From a virus: a stretch of DNA of 64,000 bases. A program made the translations under genes and the position numbers. The notes beneath the pieces are model-generated. The model made no database searches and was not told where the DNA came from. It was given only the letters and a program-made list of their open reading frames with translations. The stretch covers positions 3,023 through 67,022 of the IMG/VR virus record IMGVR_UViG_3300019888_000004. One strand, 5' to 3'. Below, piece by piece: positions 11,201 to 18,864 of this stretch (positions are counted from its first letter, which is position 1; each line of letters starts with the position of its first letter).

Positions 11201-14200
11201 ACTCAAAGGCCATAACACCGCCGACTGGTCGCCCGATAAACCATGGTACAACAGCGTCAACGAAATCCACGGCCACGCAACAACCGGGTCGGGGCTTCAA
11301 ACCTCTCTCGGCCACGCCATCAAGGTCATGGGCGAGCGGCTCACGACCGTTGACGCATCGCGCAAACGCTTCGACAAGGTTGAGTCGGATTTGAAGCGCG
11401 AATTGTCCAAGCCCTTCGAGTCCGCGAACCGGCTCGTCGAACAGCGGCAAAAGCTGGAGGAAGTTCTGGCGCAACTGGCGGCGTCCGGCGCGGCAGTCGG
11501 CCAGCAAGCGGCGCCGACGATGGATGAGATCGTTCGCAAGTACCCGCAGTTGGCCTATCTCACCCGCCAGGTGCAGGCCGAGGGCAACGCCGAACTCGTG
11601 GCCAAATTCAACGCCGAGGATCGGGAGAAAGCCAAGAACGCCTTCTACCGGCGCGTGTCGTCTGGTGGATTTGAGATCGTGAAGAACGCGCGCCCGGTGA
11701 AGCTGAAAGGCTTCGAGTGGATGGACGCTTTCGTCTGGCAGGAGAAGGACACGCTCAAATGGAGGATTGCCGACGGCGCGACGGGGATGGGGATGGGTTC
11801 TGGCGATACGGCGGACGCGACCAAGGCGAAGGCTGAGGAATCTCTCGCAGCCAACGGCGAAGAACAGGTGCGGCGCGTGCTGAGGAACGCCGCGCTCAAC
11901 ACGGGCCTGACGCCTCGCGCCAAAGCGCGCGACGGAGAGAACGCGAGCATCTTCAGCAAGTTCCAAGAGGGTGCGCTGGTCGTGCTCGAACGCGACAAGG
12001 ACCGTTACATCGGGCCAATCAAGCAGATCAACCTGGACACGGGCGAACTGGTGATGGAGGTCAACGGCAACAGCGTCGTTGTGCCGGCGCGCTTCGTTCA
12101 ACTCGCATCGAAAGAGGAACAAGCCAAATGGATCGAGGACCGGAAGGTTGATCCCGAAGGCGCGGCGTCGTTGACCGAAAGCGAAGCGCAACCATCCGGC
12201 CCGTTGAATCCCGAGCGCGCAGCGGCAGTCGTCCAAGCGTGGCGCAAAGAAATTCCCAACGCGCCCGACGTTGACATCGTGAACGATCCTGGGATGACGC
12301 GGATTGGCTCGGACGGCCTTCCGTATGGCGTCAAGGCGTTGTGGGACGGCCAGAAGATCATCGTCAACCTGGCATTCCTGCCCGACGAAGCGGCTTTGCG
12401 CGGCGCGCTCGAACACGAACTTGTTCACCCGCTGATGGACTCGCCCGAAGGCTTGCAAGCGATTGACGAGGCGATTGCCGCAGAACTCGGCAAGGACGAA
12501 CTCGACAACCTGCGGCGGCGGTACAAACAGGGAGCGTCTGAGGCGGAAGATCAATACCGCCGTCGCATCTACGCCGAATGGTTCGCGCGATTGAAGGAGC
12601 GGTCGCTGTCCGCGTGGCAGCGCATCATCGCGGCGATCAGAAAGTTTCTGGCCAAGCTGAAGCTGGTGAAGCTGACGGATGAGGAAATCGGTCGGGCGAT
12701 CCTGAGCCGGTTGCAGGCTGACGCTCGCGGGCCGTCTGGTTTGCAGGAAGGCATGGCAAGCCTTGGCGGTGCGCTCTACCAGTTTTACTCCCGCCTGACT
12801 CGCACCGTCGAACAATCGCAGCAAGGCAAGGCGACCGGCGCGCAGTGGAAGGCGACCATCCGCAACAGCAAGCTCGGCGCGAACATGGACGAGTTCGCGC
12901 TGGTGGGCGTCAATGATCTGGAGGACGGCAAGAGCTACACGAAGCAGGAAGTGCTGGATTACCTCCGGGCGAATGAAGTGGTGGTGAAGGATGTGACGCT
13001 GGGGGGATTCAACCGAACCGGATTCCGTGTTGAACGCGGACGGCAAACAACCGACCCGGCAGACCAAACCTGGGATGTTTACGACAAAGACGGAAGGTAT
13101 CTCACATCTGGGCTGAGCGAAGATGGCGCATGGAGAGCACTCAAGGAGTATGTCACTCGCGGTCGTGCGAGAATAAAAGAGCTTCAAGCCAAATGGCGCG
13201 ATGCGGGGAGCGGCGGGCTTGCACGATCCGAGCGGGCCGAATTGACCGACCTCGTAAACAGCGACATTGAGCACGCCGCGAGTGATCCAACACACTTCGC
13301 GCAGTACCAGTTGCCCGGCAGTAAGGAGGGGAGCTATCGCGAGATTTTACTGACCGTGCCGGAGCGTGTTGGCTCCGTTGACTGGCAGAACAGTGGGCCG
13401 ATCAGATTGAATCTTGAAGTGAGTGGTGGCGGGTCTCGGGTTGTGGACTCGCAGCAATGGAAGGCCAACATAAACGGTGCCGACTACACGATTACCTACA
13501 ACCCGAATGTCGCTGCAAAATATAGACTTGATGGCGAAAAAGGAGGACTTCAAAACGCCCGCTTCGGCTCGCTTGAAGAAGCCAAACTACGCGCGCAGGA
13601 AGGCACTAATTACAAATACTCTGGTCGTATGACGTGGCGCGACGGCCACTCCCAATACAGCGCCATTGCCAATCCGATTGTCCGCATTCGCCTGAACGAA
13701 CGAACCACGTCAGACGGCAAGAAAATTTTGTTCCTTGAAGAAGTCCAACCCCCACAGAAAGGCGAGTTCGAGAAGATGCCCGCGCTGTTCCAAAAGAACT
13801 GGAGGGAAATCGCGTTTAAGTGGGCGCTGCAAAAAGCCGCATCGGAAGGATACGATTCGCTGGGGTGGACAACGGGCGAGCAGCAAGCGGCGCGTTACGA
13901 TTTAAGCGAGCAGGTTGATAACGTCATCGCACTTCGCTGGGCCGACGGATGGACGATTGCTGTCACAGGCAAAGACGGAAAGCGATTCCAACCTCAAGAA
14001 AAGCAATACAAGACTGAATCAGAACTCGCTGAATTGGTTGGTAAAGACCTCGCCGCAAAGATCGTCAAGGAAGTCGTTACGCCTTATTCAGAAAAGGAGT
14101 ATTCAGGGATTGATCTCAAAGTCGGCGGTGAAGGACTCAAAAAACTCTACGGCGTGGACTTCCGCAACGTCGTCAACAACCTGCCCGCGGTGAAGAAGTC

Positions 14201-17200
14201 GGGGCAGAAGGTGGGGACGGCGGAGATTACCGTTGCGCCGAAGCGTGTTTTTGTAAGAGATGAGGTCAACAGCATAGTGCTTCGCAAGGACGTGCTGAAC
14301 AAGGTGGAGTTAATCCGATCCGTCTGGGAAATGCCAGGGCGCACAGCGGAGGGGTGGCAAAACTGGAACACCGCATTGGATCAGCAGGCCGACAATGTTC
14401 TTTCCGAAATGGGCCACGGGTCAAGCTATGACAAATCAATAGAACAATTCGGGTCGCAAGGACTTGCTGATAAGTTGGGTTTTGGTGGAACATTTGACCG
14501 GGAATCCACAACCAGCCCAATCCACTCCCTCTCCATCACGCCGCAAATCCGTGAATCCGTCATGGGCGGGCAGGCGTTGTTTAGCCTGACCGGAAAACCG
14601 ATTCGCGGCCACGCCAGCCTGACCGACGAGCCAGTGCAGGGGATGGATGTAGAAGAATTCGAGCGCGAGATTGACCAGACACTTGCCGACGAAGAAGGCG
14701 TGCCCACCGTCGTCATGGGCCACAAGGACACCGTGCGCGGCAAGCCTCGGCTGAACCAAGCGGCGGGAGTTGCGATGGCCAAGCAGGTGTTCGACGACGC
14801 CGGCCTAACAGTTGTTGCGCGGACGGACGGCTTCTGGCAACTGGCCGATCCCACAACCAGCCAGGAAGCCGCCGGGCAGGCGTTGCTGGCGAAGCTCAAG
14901 GAGTTGAACGCCGATCCCAACAGCGAGCTATTCAGCGCCCCAGGCGGCGCGGGCGGCAACCTGCTCAACTCCGTCGTGGTTTACATGACGGGCGACGATC
15001 TCCAAGCCTTCTCGGCCGGATTGAAGCGCGAGCTTTACAAGGCGGCGCAGTCCGAACGCAGTCACCGCGGCACGATGCTGGCCGCATTGCGCGGCGGAAA
15101 GCAGTCCGTGGAATACGTGGCCAAGCACGTTGACGTGATGTTGAACGCGCAGTACGCAAAGGAATTCGGCGGGCCGGACATCGAGCGCGTCATCAAGGCA
15201 GGACTGGAAGACTTTCGCGGGCAGTTTACGGACGAGGAATTGGAGAACGCGCTGAAAGACGCGCCCGCCTTTGCGGACCTGCTCAAAAAGCTGACGGGGA
15301 ACAACGCACTGGAATTCCTGCGTCGGGTATTTCAACTGCCGTTCTCGCAGCGGAGGGAACTGCGCGCCAACGCTGAACGGCTGGCCGTCGAGACACTAAA
15401 CGTCACTCCTGAAATGGCCCGGACGCTCGGCAAGGAGTTCGAGAAGACGTTTGACACGATGTTCGACCGCGCAACCACTCACGCCCTGTCGGTACTCGAG
15501 AAAATGCTGTCGGCGGCGGAACGGCGGCGGCTGGGCGTGGGCCGGCGGAGCGGCGCGTGGGTGAAGATCGTGGCTGCCGTCAAGGCCGGCAAGTTCGACG
15601 CGGGTTACGTGCTCCAGCGCATTGCCGAGGCGGGCGGCTACACCATTCCGAGCGAAGCCGAAATCGCCAAGGTCCGCGAGATGGCCGAGCGCCTGGACAA
15701 ATTGCGGAAGCTGCCGCCGGAGATTGCTGCCGCTGCGGGCAAAGACCAAGCCGCCTTGCGAGCCGCCTACCGCAAGTTCAGCGCCGGCACGAGCGAGCGC
15801 CAGACTTCCCTGCAACGTGACATCGGGACTTATTGGGCGAAGTGGACGCGGCCCTTCACACTCCGCAGCGGGCAGGGCCGGGCGAACATTGTGGAGGGCA
15901 TCTACGAATTCGCGTCGGCGAACATCCTGGCGAAGATTGGTTTTCTCACGCGCCAATCCTTTGATGTTGGCCCAACGGCGGTCATGCACATCCCATTCCG
16001 GTCCTTCGCCAACGCGCTGGTCCAGCACGGCGGCTTTCGCGGCGCGAGCACCGCCGAATTCTGGCAGGACGCCAACCGGCTGCTGCGCGAGAGCGTCACC
16101 GGCCAATCACAGGCCCTACGCGCGGCGCTACGCGAATTCCGCGAGGCCCTGAAAGGCACGGCGGAGATCAAGAACGTGGACCGCCTGCTATCCGGCATCG
16201 CGCTGTTCGAGCGTGTCGGACTGAAGGCGGACGAACTGGCGGCCAAAGGGCAGCCCGCGCAGGCGTTTGTCCTGCGCTTGTTCGGCGCCATCCGGTTCTC
16301 TTACCGCTTCGCGTCCGCGTGGGACAACCTGCAAGGAGTGCCGCAGGAATGGCAGGAAATCCGGTCGGAAGCCTACCGCGAGTTCCGGCAGCGCGGCATG
16401 TCGCCGGCGGAAGCGGCGGTCGCCGTGGACCGCATCATGCCCGATGTGAAGGCCGATTACCTTCGCGCAGTCGAGGAAGCCAGGCGCTACTACGAACTGT
16501 CCGAGCCTGATCATGCGCCTTCCAAGTCTGAAATCGAAACCGGTGCATGGCACATCCTCAAAGGCATGGCCTACCAGCGGATGCGCGAAGCCGGGATGCC
16601 CGCCGACGAATACGAGCAGAAGAACCGGCTGATGCGCTCGACGAACGCCTGGAACGAGAGCATGACTGGCGTGGTTTCCCCGGGCGGTATCATCTCCTCG
16701 ACAATCAAACAGTTCGGCGAACTGGGCAAGAACGTCCCGATTCCATTCGGCGCGCTGGCGGCGGCCTTTGGCCGGTTCGGAAACGCTATAGGCATCGGCG
16801 TGGATCGTGCGTTGATGTACCCGCTGGGATTCTTCCCCGCCGCGTTCGGCGTTCCATCCAAATACATTGATCCCGAAACTGGCATTGCCAGCCGTGGCAA
16901 TCCATTCATGCGGACGGCGGAGGACCGCGCGCAGCGAAAAGTCGAGGCCACTGTGTTCTCGTCCATCGGCCTGCTCATTGCGCTGCTCATCATGGGCGGA
17001 ATGGTCGTCTATCGCGGACGCTGGCCGCGCGACAAGGAGGAACGCGACATCTGGGACGCCAACGGCTGGCGCCCGGGCACTGCGGCAATCCAGCTTGGCG
17101 ACGGCAAGGAGATCGTTGTCAGCACCACGGTCGGGCCATTCGCCCCACTGCGCCCATACATGGCCGCCGCTGGCGCGCTGGTTGACGCGCAGACGCGCAA

Positions 17201-18140
17201 GGCCAAGCAACAGGCGGCGCTCGATGCGAAGGCGGCGAAACTCGGACTGGCACCGGGCGCCGTGCCCCGTCTGGACATCGCCGACATGCTTGGCATTGCT
17301 GCCGAAACCGCTTGGGCCGCCGCGCTGGGCGGGCGCACCGCCGGCGGTTTGCTCGGTTCGCTGACAGATCAGGGCACGTTCAACGCCAGCAAAAGCCTGG
17401 CTGCGACCGTCAGCCCGCTCGTGCCGGGACTGCCCGGCATCCAAGAGGCAACGCGGCTGGCCGGTGTCACGCTGGATAACAGGACAGCAACCGTCTTGGA
17501 TTTCATGCTGCCGTTGCCCACAAGCAAAGCCGCGAAAGTGAACATGCTCGGGGATCCCGCCGGTAATCAGAACGACGTGCAGCGGATCGTCCAAATCCTG
17601 ACCGGGGGCACATACCCAGGCATCACCGACACCCAGGCCGGCAAAGCCCGTGAAGGATATGCGGCACTGTTCAACACTGGCTACCGCCCGCCGTCCATTG
17701 ATCCCGGCAAGGGTTACGCTTTCGCGGACGCCTACCGCACCATGACCGACGCCGAGCTTGAGCGTTACAGCACCCTGCGCGGGCAGTATTTCAAGGCTGA
17801 ACTTGCTGGAATAGGGCCGGATGCCGACGTAAAAGCTGTCCGCCAGGCGTTTCAGACGGCCAACGCCCGCGCTCTGGGCGAATTGGGAGTGTCTCAACCC
17901 ACCTCGGCGGCGCAATCGCAGCAGGGCGCCCCACGCAGCGCACAAGGCACGGGCTTTGGCGCCGGTGTGGGGAGACTGGCGTTCGGCGGAAGGGTTGGAC
18001 TTGGGCGCTCACTCCGGCGCACGGGCCGATCCATTGGCCGGCGCTCAAGCAGGCTGGCGCGTGGACCAAGCTTGCGTTCGGCTCGCTCGCTCAGGCTGGG
18101 GAGTCGGTTTGGGAGAAATCGTGCGCTGACGGTGCGCTAA
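2292..18140 (+). CDS. giant DarB-like polyvalent virion protein (2H phosphoesterase, N6-MTase, SNF2 helicase, HExxH peptidase, C-terminal helical/TM region)
   Basis: 5282 aa; HITV/HLTI (about 4810 and 5030); ETSAGIG and NFPF (6720-6932); AHAVGTGKT (8857), DESH (9375), QRNGRAIRQG (10440); HELVH (12414); TM segment about 16950-17010. Confidence 0.9.
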   Translation: MPDFDLSDLGGVMVAPPEARPSLHDLSDLGGVPLAPRQPAADLSDLGGIPAQRPPLVPAPIPADLSRIPSGRVPIRLDAGLTRQLPPDYITPTPSDATASIGPDTRPPWDVTRDWIGEKLEPLTPKAKGFPSITAEDIANGNFAALLPGVDPETGESIRSLRTPGYEAPLAAKIGAGVERGVARTADVLAPWVIGGPVLGAATRAPLAGRAVSAVFAAQMAGGLPDTAKAFINAVENNDVQGAVETAVGGTLGAYFTYKAGQHALGRQQVPMTKMVDYNPQQVSEAFDRVNRGEGTPTDEAVAQFMGQFAQPLEAAGKGIKIPLPVLDESGEPQMRYVGLAEESPAIRRLLTKQITTEFTPDQIKDIYARVNTDQATPPEQELVRFINQAFEAPGEAVRKGVKVSTGEPRIESQFWRDYLGLKPGETTIELLRGGKKGTYASRKQSSVAQIGSQEAIGVSEARGGTGPPLPPIAGTGETAQRPFIAPPVVAPGSAPPELMEPKERHSAPNPQQDAAVADESNDSIVGRTNVGDERDKAFAERAKAATRLANTLRPGDKIVENDGTINTVESNLGNGVFHTEEGGVGVNLAILFIPHDANLTVGEGGRIMAGTTIPAAKIVRGNSAKDIHTQYAEASGHRKELRQAITDRKPVNTEAADAYGMQKSLAKNGYVREGDRYVFKATTAPAGQAVPDLTAVVGHLTMLAPDQFRAWRDGIGAGLPAMQQQLATIAPDALRNALAIATEQATQAQAQSRANPNGQTLQAYQDAAGKVQFFNETLAFAKPKATAPPKIPKSSTQLTLPNQHALPFHQFAQSIPDSEVYHKADETGKEDFGIETEPHITVLYGLTEHEPSAVAKIAAGSKPITVTLGKLSVFEQPDYDVLKVDVHGDDLRALNKEISKLPNEQTHPEYTPHLTIAYLKKGEGKKYVGDKRFNGMTLTFPSVTFSPPKEIRAVTGRHELPFTPPAKPAAKEPTGRSLRRGLIDVERQTKALQAERIQINRLLDEMQRRRDIGEYPLPSREAEDRLKQRLKVVEEQLFAQAKRPPAPTPSVALEPERAAADLTDFSDAEIESLLSAPEPATQKPPQPHKPAPSIPRPKAARKPPTAKESLGGAAKDLKDAMEEGMKGLDELFGGGTHVGALGPTFSEETYQKAKPHFKKAYEDCVNAGGKMSDFINAVLARFKKFGDAIKPYLKRFLQELRDGKIEINLKGKDESERQAGKRPLVPKPPGVAEGQSPGTVEGEAEGTVQGGGSGGAGGTPGSPSSPGKGRSVRPRDGGGAKRTTAGGEPAGEPDPDERPGVSEGAGDAEVRRGKDVAPTDNLRIQPGDKIVPDARSGRIQANLAAWALSKRLAAGDMLPTPSEKRILAQFSGWGDTFQVFGLTQINAHNTAADVYDEEKAGHQAYYILHNPKERESYEKWKKQYAAAYDTLKASLTPEEWKSASESSLNAHYTSRDGINAMWQIVERLGWPGGTAVETSAGIGHIIGLTPDALAGKVHWVGVELDKMSAQMLGQLYPASDIQNSAFEKSLRTENNSANLAISNFPFGDYPIADIAHPDYDGWSIHNYFLARSVDMVKPGGLVVAITSRYTMDGSDGQKMRRWLAERADMVGAIRLPNTAFKASAGTEVVTDILIFRKKAGIGNLVGERFTALANVEIPAANRAAQREGESPAEYQERISKPVMVNEYFAEHPEMVLGQHSTKGTMYSKDSYTVSPKTDKPLKAQLEEAVATLPQNIIHAEQDRIEAEDTGESLRTIKGRKTDSYVFEDGKVWQVDDQGRMQTPDWGESAAQAAKARQLIGLRDATLNQINLELDENSDDAALTAARKELNKLFDSFTAKHGALNDRKNNLIDDDPEWPLVASLEDERSDPVEIERGGRKVIRFVASYSKGPMLLRRVNFPHSEPAKADNLSDAVSISINYRGGIDAEYVGRMLAIPTEEARQRVLTEELAYENPANGLLEQPDLYLSGFVKEKLGAARRAQTTDDRFSRNVAALEKVQPKPLPADIIYFRLGSNWIASNQIQRFLRDVLEVDSSVMFVRAGDETRWIVGDPSRSSVANLSNYSAGGVAGHKLVEDSLNLKLTEVTDKIELLDVNGKPYEKTVVLPEETAAARDMQDRIQQAFRRWALESPQEAGEVEEVYNRLFNGMVRREYPVPKFDRFPGASNMVDLRDWQKRVAARAVQEGTLMAHAVGTGKTFSLITAAMEMRRLGTARKPLIVAKNATLTQFANSFRKLYPTARLLIGNSKATAAEKRNRFIARIATGDWDAVVVPTSFFERIDNDPAREQAYVHEQLAAIETAIREAEGENYTPGKKPKSTLGKALMRVLKRYEAKMDRIMQRLDKKSDDLITFEKLGVDALLVDESHDFKRGDFMTKMDRIKGLDSNGSDRAMDFLLKTQWIHMKSPDRNVVLATGTPISNTLAELWTALRYVRPGLLAKFNVSTFDDFVGTFAIPVATIEETPTGDFAQVLRLAKYVNGPEIGQLWRAGADVYVLNREDFKALGVNVPEIKGGAPREVVLERSEATGNFVDFLRDWRLWWEDLDGKDKAELSYVPILQYGLARKAAIDLRLVNPMLPDDPASKVNRVVNDAYNFWRDTKESSGTQLIFSNLQNSHDPDKRWLKEDLHLANPLYGKPVFNVFDDMRKKLVALGVPSGEIADFTNMTEPQRFSSMEQVQAGRIRIVFGSTESLGTGVNVQDHVVAVHHIDPQFRPMDFEQRNGRAIRQGNQNKEVELLVYGVKRTMDSTLYQLMLIKQKFIAQVMTADNLSREFEDPSDDSTMSFQAMAAAFSGNPVFAQRFALENEVRKLSILEEDWGRKRSDGRTELRTVQEGKAKFDDTVDVLRKAQAALTKAFSGDEFAVIYKDQSAAGDDGKKLLDKVLADAIAEMQTNLKEEFDAGELHQSHAKDIDAHKKRKFPEDYLLSLPTRERTRRFSINGVEFVIKLSQPSEIPLVKEKGALNLREPNGWWELKGHNTADWSPDKPWYNSVNEIHGHATTGSGLQTSLGHAIKVMGERLTTVDASRKRFDKVESDLKRELSKPFESANRLVEQRQKLEEVLAQLAASGAAVGQQAAPTMDEIVRKYPQLAYLTRQVQAEGNAELVAKFNAEDREKAKNAFYRRVSSGGFEIVKNARPVKLKGFEWMDAFVWQEKDTLKWRIADGATGMGMGSGDTADATKAKAEESLAANGEEQVRRVLRNAALNTGLTPRAKARDGENASIFSKFQEGALVVLERDKDRYIGPIKQINLDTGELVMEVNGNSVVVPARFVQLASKEEQAKWIEDRKVDPEGAASLTESEAQPSGPLNPERAAAVVQAWRKEIPNAPDVDIVNDPGMTRIGSDGLPYGVKALWDGQKIIVNLAFLPDEAALRGALEHELVHPLMDSPEGLQAIDEAIAAELGKDELDNLRRRYKQGASEAEDQYRRRIYAEWFARLKERSLSAWQRIIAAIRKFLAKLKLVKLTDEEIGRAILSRLQADARGPSGLQEGMASLGGALYQFYSRLTRTVEQSQQGKATGAQWKATIRNSKLGANMDEFALVGVNDLEDGKSYTKQEVLDYLRANEVVVKDVTLGGFNRTGFRVERGRQTTDPADQTWDVYDKDGRYLTSGLSEDGAWRALKEYVTRGRARIKELQAKWRDAGSGGLARSERAELTDLVNSDIEHAASDPTHFAQYQLPGSKEGSYREILLTVPERVGSVDWQNSGPIRLNLEVSGGGSRVVDSQQWKANINGADYTITYNPNVAAKYRLDGEKGGLQNARFGSLEEAKLRAQEGTNYKYSGRMTWRDGHSQYSAIANPIVRIRLNERTTSDGKKILFLEEVQPPQKGEFEKMPALFQKNWREIAFKWALQKAASEGYDSLGWTTGEQQAARYDLSEQVDNVIALRWADGWTIAVTGKDGKRFQPQEKQYKTESELAELVGKDLAAKIVKEVVTPYSEKEYSGIDLKVGGEGLKKLYGVDFRNVVNNLPAVKKSGQKVGTAEITVAPKRVFVRDEVNSIVLRKDVLNKVELIRSVWEMPGRTAEGWQNWNTALDQQADNVLSEMGHGSSYDKSIEQFGSQGLADKLGFGGTFDRESTTSPIHSLSITPQIRESVMGGQALFSLTGKPIRGHASLTDEPVQGMDVEEFEREIDQTLADEEGVPTVVMGHKDTVRGKPRLNQAAGVAMAKQVFDDAGLTVVARTDGFWQLADPTTSQEAAGQALLAKLKELNADPNSELFSAPGGAGGNLLNSVVVYMTGDDLQAFSAGLKRELYKAAQSERSHRGTMLAALRGGKQSVEYVAKHVDVMLNAQYAKEFGGPDIERVIKAGLEDFRGQFTDEELENALKDAPAFADLLKKLTGNNALEFLRRVFQLPFSQRRELRANAERLAVETLNVTPEMARTLGKEFEKTFDTMFDRATTHALSVLEKMLSAAERRRLGVGRRSGAWVKIVAAVKAGKFDAGYVLQRIAEAGGYTIPSEAEIAKVREMAERLDKLRKLPPEIAAAAGKDQAALRAAYRKFSAGTSERQTSLQRDIGTYWAKWTRPFTLRSGQGRANIVEGIYEFASANILAKIGFLTRQSFDVGPTAVMHIPFRSFANALVQHGGFRGASTAEFWQDANRLLRESVTGQSQALRAALREFREALKGTAEIKNVDRLLSGIALFERVGLKADELAAKGQPAQAFVLRLFGAIRFSYRFASAWDNLQGVPQEWQEIRSEAYREFRQRGMSPAEAAVAVDRIMPDVKADYLRAVEEARRYYELSEPDHAPSKSEIETGAWHILKGMAYQRMREAGMPADEYEQKNRLMRSTNAWNESMTGVVSPGGIISSTIKQFGELGKNVPIPFGALAAAFGRFGNAIGIGVDRALMYPLGFFPAAFGVPSKYIDPETGIASRGNPFMRTAEDRAQRKVEATVFSSIGLLIALLIMGGMVVYRGRWPRDKEERDIWDANGWRPGTAAIQLGDGKEIVVSTTVGPFAPLRPYMAAAGALVDAQTRKAKQQAALDAKAAKLGLAPGAVPRLDIADMLGIAAETAWAAALGGRTAGGLLGSLTDQGTFNASKSLAATVSPLVPGLPGIQEATRLAGVTLDNRTATVLDFMLPLPTSKAAKVNMLGDPAGNQNDVQRIVQILTGGTYPGITDTQAGKAREGYAALFNTGYRPPSIDPGKGYAFADAYRTMTDAELERYSTLRGQYFKAELAGIGPDADVKAVRQAFQTANARALGELGVSQPTSAAQSQQGAPRSAQGTGFGAGVGRLAFGGRVGLGRSLRRTGRSIGRRSSRLARGPSLRSARSLRLGSRFGRNRALTVR
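2304..2435 (+). repeat. three DLSDLGG peptide repeats at the N-terminus of the giant protein
   Basis: DLSDLGGVM / DLSDLGGVP / DLSDLGGIP. Confidence 0.85.
3610..3789 (+). CDS. nested +1-frame small basic phage protein (59 aa, MPLVSKAQWRKLAAKKP...LPERVK)
   Basis: AAGGA RBS before ATG; resembles recalled MPFKSKAQ...LPERV small phage proteins; host frame is low-complexity here. Confidence 0.6.
   Translation: MPLVSKAQWRKLAAKKPSVFQKLVAEQDRPYRRLPERVKQPKGRSLRRQSSRRGVRRRN
5932..6243 (+). CDS. nested +1-frame helical protein, DUF1896/TnpV-like
   Basis: GAAAGG RBS; WLRDNHPELL...ARGARSDLAMEVALSELLP; ends just before the MTase domain; host frame is a G/P/E linker. Confidence 0.6.
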   Translation: MNPSVRPENDPWFQSRLVWLRDNHPELLREKPKELFKAVDQAVQAARRVHHQALARGARSDLAMEVALSELLPVENPPENLIPMNDLEFQKVQGTLRSVAARM

Positions 18141-18268
18141 AGGCCCGGGACAACGAGGTCCGGCAGGTGGCAACGGAAACAGGCGGCTTCAAAGACGAGC
18201 ATGAGCAGCACGATGGCGGCAAGGGTGAGAAGGATGACGACGGATTCGGTGAGTTCTCTGGTTTTCAT
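18137..18268 (-). CDS. small membrane protein (43 aa)
   Basis: SVVILLTLAAIVLLMLVF; ATGA coupling with the upstream gene. Confidence 0.4.
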   Translation of the reverse strand: MKTRELTESVVILLTLAAIVLLMLVFEAACFRCHLPDLVVPGL

Positions 18269-18435
18269 CGCGTTTTTGGTTGGTTTCTCCGCAGCCGGCA
18301 TCTATCGCACCGGCTCATAATTTTGACTCGCCCGGCAATCGTCCGCGTTGCCGCTGGTTGCCCGCATTCGACACACAGGTTGTCGCGCCGGCGAACCTCT
18401 CGGATCGCGGCGATTGAGCGCGCTTGGCGGGTCAT
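18265..18435 (-). CDS. small Zn-finger protein (56 aa)
   Basis: CVECG...RCDRC; ATGA overlaps on both sides. Confidence 0.5.
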   Translation of the reverse strand: MTRQARSIAAIREVRRRDNLCVECGQPAATRTIAGRVKIMSRCDRCRLRRNQPKTR

Positions 18436-18663
18436 CGTGCCCTCGCTTCGATTTCAGCGTGCAGCCGATCAAAACGAGGACCGGCTGTTTTGCTTCCGGC
18501 CTTCCATGCTCGATATGCGCGGCTTTTTGCAGCATCCAGCCTAGCCATGACGTTTCCGTATCCGAACAGGTTTGCCCAGTGCGCGTCCTGCGGCTTGACT
18601 TGCTTCGTCTCGTTTATTTTCATAAATTTCACGCGATGCTGCGCGCCTGGCGGGTTGTCGTTT

Positions 18664-18864
18664 TCATTTGCAAGCTTTCGCTTTCGCAATCGCGGCAGAC
18701 ACACCCGGCGGCACGATCAGGCCGGCCGCGCTCAACTGTACAGTCAGCGCGACGAGTTGGGCGAGCAAGTCCGCCGAGACATTCACCAGCGCGTTGTGTT
18801 CCTCGCGCAGCGCCCGGGACTCGGTTTTGCTGATCTTGCGGTCGGGCCAAAGCCAGGTTTTCAT
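18664..18864 (-). CDS. hypothetical phage protein
   Basis: GGAGG RBS, ATGA overlap; ADLLAQL...AAIAKA pattern. Confidence 0.55.
   Translation of the reverse strand: MKTWLWPDRKISKTESRALREEHNALVNVSADLLAQLVALTVQLSAAGLIVPPGVSAAIAKAKACK

Noticed and set aside
7302-17945. Long antisense ORFs (7302-9494, 11094-13295, 16188-17945)
   Set aside because: Shadow frames of the GC-rich giant gene; no motifs or RBS, unlike the two same-strand nested genes
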